Source: Naegleria gruberi (lineage: Eukaryota). Taken from it: DNA of 64,000 nucleotides. A model generated the notes under the pieces. The model made no database searches and was not told the origin of the DNA. It saw only the letters and a list, made by a program, of their open reading frames with translations. The position numbers were made by a program, and so were the translations under genes. This document shows, piece by piece, positions 56,801-64,000 of this stretch; position 1 is the stretch's first letter; every line of letters begins with the position of its first letter. The DNA lies in assembly GCA_000004985.1 (NCBI GenBank), contig GG738847.1; one strand, written 5' to 3'.

Positions 56801-59800
56801 NNNNNNNNNNNNNNNNNNNNNNNNNNNNNNNNNNNNNNNNNNNNNNNNNNNNNNNNNNNNNNNNNNNNNNNNNNNNNNNNNNNNNNNNNNNNNNNNNNNN
56901 NNNNNNNNNNNNNNNNNNNNNNNNNNNNNNNNNNNNNNNNNNNNNNNNNNNNNNNNNNNNNNNNNNNNNNNNNNNNNNNNNNNNNNNNNNNNNNNNNNNN
57001 NNNNNNNNNNNNNNNNNNNNNNNNNNNNNNNNNNNNNNNNNNNNNNNNNNNNNNNNNNNNNNNNNNNNNNNNNNNNNNNNNNNNNNNNNNNNNNNNNNNN
57101 NNNNNNNNNNNNNNNNNNNNNNNNNNNNNNNNNNNNNNNNNNNNNNNNNNNNNNNNNNNNNNNNNNNNNNNNNNNNNNNNNNNNNNNNNNNNNNNNNNNN
57201 NNNNNNNNNNNNNNNNNNNNNNNNNNNNNNNNNNNNNNNNNNNNNNNNNNNNNNNNNNNNNNNNNNNNNNNNNNNNNNNNNNNNNNNNNNNNNNNNNNNN
57301 NNNNNNNNNNNNNNNNNNNNNNNNNNNNNNNNNNNNNNNNNNNNNNNNNNNNNNNNNNNNNNNNNNNNNNNNNNNNNNNNNNNNNNNNNNNNNNNNNNNN
57401 NNNNNNNNNNNNNNNNNNNNNNNNNNNNNNNNNNNNNNNNNNNNNNNNNNNNNNNNNNNNNNNNNNNNNNNNNNNNNNNNNNNNNNNNNNNNNNNNNNNN
57501 NNNNNNNNNNNNNNNNNNNNNNNNNNNNNNNNNNNNNNNNNNNNNNNNNNNNNNNNNNNNNNNNNNNNNNNNNNNNNNNNNNNNNNNNNNNNNNNNNNNN
57601 NNNNNNNNNNNNNNNNNNNNNNNNNNNNNNNNNNNNNNNNNNNNNNNNNNNNNNNNNNNNNNNNNNNNNNNNNNNNNNNNNNNNNNNNNNNNNNNNNNNN
57701 NNNNNNNNNNNNNNNNNNNNNNNNNNNNNNNNNNNNNNNNNNNNNNNNNNNNNNNNNNNNNNNNNNNNNNNNNNNNNNNNNNNNNNNNNNNNNNNNNNNN
57801 NNNNNNNNNNNNNNNNNNNNNNNNNNNNNNNNNNNNNNNNNNNNNNNNNNNNNNNNNNNNNNNNNNNNNNNNNNNNNNNNNNNNNNNNNNNNNNNNNNNN
57901 NNNNNNNNNNNNNNNNNNNNNNNNNNNNNNNNNNNNNNNNNNNNNNNNNNNNNNNNNNNNNNNNNNNNNNNNNNNNNNNNNNNNNNNNNNNNNNNNNNNN
58001 NNNNNNNNNNNNNNNNNNNNNNNNNNNNNNNNNNNNNNNNNNNNNNNNNNNNNNNNNNNNNNNNNNNNNNNNNNNNNNNNNNNNNNNNNNNNNNNNNNNN
58101 NNNNNNNNNNNNNNNNNNNNNNNNNNNNNNNNNNNNNNNNNNNNNNNNNNNNNNNNNNNNNNNNNNNNNNNNNNNNNNNNNNNNNNNNNNNNNNNNNNNN
58201 NNNNNNNNNNNNNNNNNNNNNNNNNNNNNNNNNNNNNNNNNNNNNNNNNNNNNNNNNNNNNNNNNNNNNNNNNNNNNNNNNNNNNNNNNNNNNNNNNNNN
58301 NNNNNNNNNNNNNNNNNNNNNNNNNNNNNNNNNNNNNNNNNNNNNNNNNNNNNNNNNNNNNNNNNNNNNNNNNNNNNNNNNNNNNNNNNNNNNNNNNNNN
58401 NNNNNNNNNNNNNNNNNNNNNNNNNNNNNNNNNNNNNNNNNNNNNNNNNNNNNNNNNNNNNNNNNNNNNNNNNNNNNNNNNNNNNNNNNNNNNNNNNNNN
58501 NNNNNNNNNNNNNNNNNNNNNNNNNNNNNNNNNNNNNNNNNNNNNNNNNNNNNNNNNNNNNNNNNNNNNNNNNNNNNNNNNNNNNNNNNNNNNNNNNNNN
58601 NNNNNNNNNNNNNNNNNNNNNNNNNNNNNNNNNNNNNNNNNNNNNNNNNNNNNNNNNNNNNNNNNNNNNNNNNNNNNNNNNNNNNNNNNNNNNNNNNNNN
58701 NNNNNNNNNNNNNNNNNNNNNNNNNNNNNNNNNNNNNNNNNNNNNNNNNNNNNNNNNNNNNNNNNNNNNNNNNNNNNNNNNNNNNNNNNNNNNNNNNNNN
58801 NNNNNNNNNNNNNNNNNNNNNNNNNNNNNNNNNNNNNNNNNNNNNNNNNNNNNNNNNNNNNNNNNNNNNNNNNNNNNNNNNNNNNNNNNNNNNNNNNNNN
58901 NNNNNNNNNNNNNNNNNNNNNNNNNNNNNNNNNNNNNNNNNNNNNNNNNNNNNNNNNNNNNNNNNNNNNNNNNNNNNNNNNNNNNNNNNNNNNNNNNNNN
59001 NNNNNNNNNNNNNNNNNNNNNNNNNNNNNNNNNNNNNNNNNNNNNNNNNNNNNNNNNNNNNNNNNNNNNNNNNNNNNNNNNNNNNNNNNNNNNNNNNNNN
59101 NNNNNNNNNNNNNNNNNNNNNNNNNNNNNNNNNNNNNNNNNNNNNNNNNNNNNNNNNNNNNNNNNNNNNNNNNNNNNNNNNNNNNNNNNNNNNNNNNNNN
59201 NNNNNNNNNNNNNNNNNNNNNNNNNNNNNNNNNNNNNNNNNNNNNNNNNNNNNNNNNNNNNNNNNNNNNNNNNNNNNNNNNNNNNNNNNNNNNNNNNNNN
59301 NNNNNNNNNNNNNNNNNNNNNNNNNNNNNNNNNNNNNNNNNNNNNNNNNNNNNNNNNNNNNNNNNNNNNNNNNNNNNNNNNNNNNNNNNNNNNNNNNNNN
59401 NNNNNNNNNNNNNNNNNNNNNNNNNNNNNNNNNNNNNNNNNNNNNNNNNNNNNNNNNNNNNNNNNNNNNNNNNNNNNNNNNNNNNNNNNNNNNNNNNNNN
59501 NNNNNNNNNNNNNNNNNNNNNNNNNNNNNNNNNNNNNNNNNNNNNNNNNNNNNNNNNNNNNNNNNNNNNNNNNNNNNNNNNNNNNNNNNNNNNNNNNNNN
59601 NNNNNNNNNNNNNNNNNNNNNNNNNNNNNNNNNNNNNNNNNNNNNNNNNNNNNNNNNNNNNNNNNNNNNNNNNNNNNNNNNNNNNNNNNNNNNNNNNNNN
59701 NNNNNNNNNNNNNNNNNNNNNNNNNNNNNNNNNNNNNNNNNNNNNNNNNNNNNNNNNNNNNNNNNNNNNNNNNNNNNNNNNNNNNNNNNNNNNNNNNNNN

Positions 59801-60636
59801 NNNNNNNNNNNNNNNNNNNNNNNNNNNNNNNNNNNNNNNNNNNNNNNNNNNNNNNNNNNNNNNNNNNNNNNNNNNNNNNNNNNNNNNNNNNNNNNNNNNN
59901 NNNNNNNNNNNNNNNNNNNNNNNNNNNNNNNNNNNNNNNNNNNNNNNNNNNNNNNNNNNNNNNNNNNNNNNNNNNNNNNNNNNNNNNNNNNNNNNNNNNN
60001 NNNNNNNNNNNNNNNNNNNNNNNNNNNNNNNNNNNNNNNNNNNNNNNNNNNNNNNNNNNNNNNNNNNNNNNNNNNNNNNNNNNNNNNNNNNNNNNNNNNN
60101 NNNNNNNNNNNNNNNNNNNNNNNNNNNNNNNNNNNNNNNNNNNNNNNNNNNNNNNNNNNNNNNNNNNNNNNNNNNNNNNNNNNNNNNNNNNNNNNNNNNN
60201 NNNNNNNNNNNNNNNNNNNNNNNNNNNNNNNNNNNNNNNNNNNNNNNNNNNNNNNNNNNNNNNNNNNNNNNNNNNNNNNNNNNNNNNNNNNNNNNNNNNN
60301 NNNNNNNNNNNNNNNNNNNNNNNNNNNNNNNNNNNNNNNNNNNNNNNNNNNNNNNNNNNNNNNNNNNNNNNNNNNNNNNNNNNNNNNNNNNNNNNNNNNN
60401 NNNNNNNNNNNNNNNNNNNNNNNNNNNNNNNNNNNNNNNNNNNNNNNNNNNNNNNNNNNNNNNNNNNNNNNNNNNNNNNNNNNNNNNNNNNNNNNNNNNN
60501 NNNNNNNNNNNNNNNNNNNNNNNNNNNNNNNNNNNNNNNNNNNNNNNNNNNNNNNNNNNNNNNNNNNNNNNNNNNNNNNNNNNNNNNNNNNNNNNNNNNN
60601 NNNNNNNNNNNNNNNNNNNNNNNNNNNNNNNNNNNN
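20807..60636. other. assembly gap (39,830 N)
   Basis: Uninterrupted N run; its non-round length suggests an estimated scaffold gap. Confidence 1.
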
Positions 60637-60652
60637 AATCTACTAGTAGTTA

Positions 60653-61000
60653 ATGGAACCTTCAGACAATTTCACAATTTCAATTGCATTCAATGCATCC
60701 AAAGAACAATCAATGCATGAGGAAAGAGCAGTCAAAGCTTGTGTAGATTTGAGCTCAAGGTTGGCAGACTTACAAAAAAACAAATGGAATCAGATGGCCA
60801 ATAGTCACTCTTTGAATACTTGTCAGTTTAGGTTAGCTATTTATGTTCAACAATGTTTGTGTGGAAATGTGGGGACTAATGATAAAAGATTGTTCAAAAT
60901 TTTAGAAAATCTAAATATTTTGCTAGTAAGGTTGCTCGATTCTCTTTCCATACAAGATTTGTTTCATTTATTAATCTTCAAAATGATAATAATACTGTGA
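60653..61000 (+). CDS. hypothetical 115-aa ORF immediately after the gap (may be a gene fragment)
   Basis: ATG at 60653 is preceded by in-frame stops (tag tag). Hydrophobic C-terminus. No family recognised. Confidence 0.25.
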   Translation: MEPSDNFTISIAFNASKEQSMHEERAVKACVDLSSRLADLQKNKWNQMANSHSLNTCQFRLAIYVQQCLCGNVGTNDKRLFKILENLNILLVRLLDSLSIQDLFHLLIFKMIIIL

Positions 61001-61044
61001 AAAATAGAAAAGTGTTTGAAATAGGAGCAAAAATTAAAGTGTCT

Positions 61045-61900
61045 CTATGAATTAGCAAATAAATCAATTAGATTGTGGAATGGCTTTACAATTTTAAATG
61101 AAGAGAATACACCAAGAAGAACTCCCATCACAACAATAACAATAGATGATGCCAGAGCTGCAATGATAGCAATAATCATGGTTCCTAGATAGTTCCATTG
61201 AGGAACTGAAAATACAAATAACCTGTCAAGAAGCAGTGTCATTGGGAAAATAAGGAATCATCATACTTACCAATTTACATTAGCAGAATTACATAACCTG
61301 TACATTAAAAAATCTGTCCCCGAAAGATAAAAACTTGAATGAATCGCAGCTAAGTGAGTCCAACTTGCTTTGATACCTCGTATATATAAAGTTACCAACA
61401 GTTTCTACTTCTAAAACACCAAAATTTGTTGCCTTCTTACGCTCTTGATTTCCCTTATCATCCCACTTGGCTACAGGAACTTCAGGATAACTAGAGGCCA
61501 CGATAAACTCAGTTTCAATTTCAATGACAAAGGCAAGTGAACCAGTTATTTAACTTGTGATTTCCTTCAGATAGCTACTAATTGTAGCCACAGAAATATC
61601 AAAACCAAAATACCAATCAAAGTTGAATCCTGTGGCCGTTTGATTTCTAGATGGTCTTGAATTGACCAAACTCATAAAGGTAATGGAAGGAAGTGTTGGG
61701 TCAGTGTAGGAGAGCGTAAAAGTTGGTTTGTTCACTTGGTCCGATGCCACTCCTAGAATGTAACTCATATCAAATGGTGGTAACTGTACATCTGGTTCCC
61801 TAGATTGTGTATGACAATATTCATACAATGTCATATTATCACAATAGGTCCAAAACTGACCTGTTGAATTCACAAACAATATGCTTGGAATTCTCACCAT
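61045..61900 (-). pseudogene. claudin-like (Fig1/Sur7-type) membrane protein gene interrupted by an in-frame TAA and a frame change; pseudogene, draft-sequence error, or unresolved introns
   Basis: Three consecutive minus-strand ORFs. ORF 61550..61900 and ORF 61289..61501 are in the same frame, separated only by TAA at 61550-61552 (...KEITS*ITGSLAFVIEIETEFIVASSYPEV...). ORF 61045..61242 continues in another frame after a T6 run and encodes a C-terminal TM helix. The first ORF has the claudin/Fig1-type motif G-Q-F-W-T-Y-C-x8-C. Confidence 0.4.
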
Positions 61901-62614
61901 TCATCATCTTTCCCTTATTTCCTTCGTATGGATCTCCAACATACGAATCTATCATTAAAGTGGAGAGGAATTGGTATTAAGATTTGAAAATCTTGTAGGT
62001 GATCGGGTTAATCCAATCAGTGTTCGCATAATCCAAGTCCCACTAAAAGTTTACATCCTTTTAAATCATACTTGGGTTTTCGGGAGATTTTACCAACATT
62101 CAATATAAAATAAAAAATAAATACAGACACTTAGATTTGAGAATCCAAATTATATATTTTATCTTGAGATAATCTCTTATTTGTTATTCCAAGAGATGAT
62201 CCTCGCCAAAAACTACACATTAATATTGCGAGTCCCAAAGCATGACATTTGACAGTTGCTGAGGGATGTGTTTGACTTGTATACGTGAACATCATTCTAT
62301 ATTACCTTATAATATTAAGCGTTGGTTCATGTATTGCTCTCTTTATCACTAAATAAAAAGTTGAATGATGTATAGACAACTTTCGTGTAAAAACTTGTTC
62401 TCCAGACATGCTCATCTCCTAAATGAAAAGATAAAAATCTTTGAACAAAGTGCGCCAGGTTTCGAGATGAAAAAGTTGTCAATATTTCATTATTCTGTTA
62501 TCTCTAATGATGGCAGGTTTTGGGATAACAATTTCAAGGATTAGGAAATTGAGTGTGTTTGCATAGAATCACAATACATCAACAAGCAAAGTTCTTTTAG
62601 TTGCAGCAAACATT

Positions 62615-64000
62615 TTAATTCAATTTTCTTACAATTAAGGGCCAACCAACTTGTATCACTGTATACTTATGAATGCTTTTTGATTTGTCAGCATCATTTT
62701 CATATTGAGCATATTGTTTGACTTGAGAAATTGCAGAATTCAAAATTGATCTGGCTACAACTTTCTCTTTGGCATGAGTAAGTACTTCCATTTCTAATAA
62801 TTCTTCATCAGTTTGTTTAGATAAATCTTTAAATATATTTTTAAAAATTTGCGGATTCCAATATTCAATATTGGAATATTTTGTTAAAGAATTTGGTCTA
62901 ATATGTTTGAATTCAATTATTAATACTTTTTTAGAAGTTCTTATCACAAGATCAGCACGTTTGATGTATTCCTTATTGTTAGAATTCTTTACATGATATT
63001 CCTTTTCAGCTTGAATTTTCAATTCTTTGTTTCTAAATAAACAATATGCTCTTAATGCAGATTCAATACTTGCTTGTAAACCTCCTTCAGACATTGAATT
63101 GTCATAAATAGTTTCTTGTTTTTCTAAAATATTATTGAGTAACATTCTCAAATTATCTTGGGTAGGTTCATTAATAAAAGTTGATACATCTTTTTCATGT
63201 AGAGATATAAGTCTACGTAACTGCTCTAAATATTGGACTTTTGCAATTTCATTTGGAATTAACAATTGTTTTGGGTTCATCTGTTTTGATGATTCTTTTG
63301 TGAAGGTAACCATACCGTGATAATACATGAATGATAAAGCATTATCACGAATCTTTTGTATATCTTCTTCATTGGATGGTGGATCAATAATCTCTCTTAA
63401 TTTCAGTGAAGGATAAATTGACTCTGTTACTTCTACATAATCTTTTGAAAGTAATTGTTGAATAATATCATTCGATACAACTGATGATGCCAAAGTTGCA
63501 AAAACGTTCTCACTGATCATTGTGTTGGTATCTGTTAATATTGATAATGGAATTTCTTGTTTTTGTAGAACAGCATTTCTGAAAGGTTCATCTTTTACAA
63601 GTTTGTTCAAAAAGAACATTGAAAGAGTTGTGTTGAATAGAGCATGTTTTGAACCAGGAAAATGATAACCTTTATAATACTTTTTCATGGTTGAAATGGT
63701 AATATCTTGATCATTTCCAATAATATCAATGTTATTTAATGCCATTCTCAAATCATTTTCTGTAAAACCAACCAAACCACCAAATATCTTATCAGAGGAA
63801 ATATTACTGGAAACATTATATCCAGATGCATCAGCAAGAGCAATAGGAGTGATACCAGTGATGATACTACGAAAATCTTGTAAACCAGTAGCGGAAGACT
63901 CTTTCAATCTTTCAAAGAAAGAACGAATTGGTGAAGATGTTGGATCTCCTCTCTTTCCTTCAACTATTAATTGATATTTTTCAGGATTTTCAAACATTAA
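62615..64000 (-). CDS. partial (N-terminus lies beyond the window) AAA-ATPase-like / C-terminal PD-(D/E)XK nuclease-like (DUF1703 / PDDEXK_9-type) domain protein
   Basis: The C-terminal RADLVIRTSKKVLIIEFKHI.....AISQVKQYAQY...YTVIQVG matches the D..(I/L)(I/V)..ExK core and the A.eQIk.k.Y tail typical of the DUF1703 family. The frame is still open at the window edge (the codon before the first ATG is TTA). Confidence 0.5.
   Translation of the reverse strand, partial: LMFENPEKYQLIVEGKRGDPTSSPIRSFFERLKESSATGLQDFRSIITGITPIALADASGYNVSSNISSDKIFGGLVGFTENDLRMALNNIDIIGNDQDITISTMKKYYKGYHFPGSKHALFNTTLSMFFLNKLVKDEPFRNAVLQKQEIPLSILTDTNTMISENVFATLASSVVSNDIIQQLLSKDYVEVTESIYPSLKLREIIDPPSNEEDIQKIRDNALSFMYYHGMVTFTKESSKQMNPKQLLIPNEIAKVQYLEQLRRLISLHEKDVSTFINEPTQDNLRMLLNNILEKQETIYDNSMSEGGLQASIESALRAYCLFRNKELKIQAEKEYHVKNSNNKEYIKRADLVIRTSKKVLIIEFKHIRPNSLTKYSNIEYWNPQIFKNIFKDLSKQTDEELLEMEVLTHAKEKVVARSILNSAISQVKQYAQYENDADKSKSIHKYTVIQVGWPLIVRKLN

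Noticed and set aside
20797-60720. Giant 13,307-aa ORF in the six-frame track
   Set aside because: It is almost entirely a translation of the N-run (X residues). This is an assembly-gap artefact, not a gene.
1-64000. Prokaryotic-style defence island, CRISPR array or operon structure
   Set aside because: The sequence is clearly eukaryotic nuclear DNA (spliceosomal introns, actin-related protein, GPI protein, Pol III tRNA with T-run). No CRISPR-like regular repeat-spacer array is present. The only tandem repeats are the two 45-bp copies at 20411-20500.

Overview
Eukaryotic nuclear scaffold segment, AT-rich (roughly one-third GC by eye, not computed) and gene-dense. Codon usage is yeast-like (AGA Arg; GTT/GCT/CCA/CAA preferred), and the four introns inferred here are short and start GTAAGT. 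Only about 24 kb is real sequence: 19472-19521 (50 N) and 20807-60636 (39,830 N) are assembly gaps. Intergenic spacing is very tight, including convergent stop codons 7 bp apart. Recognisable genes, left to right: an Arp1-like actin-related protein, an Izh3/PAQR-like 7-TM protein with a His-rich N-terminus, an Aquarius/Cwf11-family spliceosomal helicase-like protein (two exons), several hypothetical proteins, a large coiled-coil protein (two exons), a COMM-domain protein (two exons), a small mitochondrial PPR protein (two exons), a mitochondrial ribosomal bS6m/Mrp17-like protein, tRNA-Asp(GTC), a GPI-anchored surface protein, an F-box-like plus Rho-family pseudoGTPase fusion, a tRNA 3'-half fragment, a DUSP23-like phosphatase, repeat-rich sequence abutting the large gap, an interrupted claudin-like membrane protein gene, and a partial AAA-ATPase-like / PD-(D/E)XK (DUF1703-type) protein. 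There are no prokaryotic-style defence systems or CRISPR arrays; the most unusual items are the F-box-Rho pseudoGTPase, the COMM-domain gene, the DUF1703-type nuclease-domain gene and four unannotated introns that merge ORF pairs.
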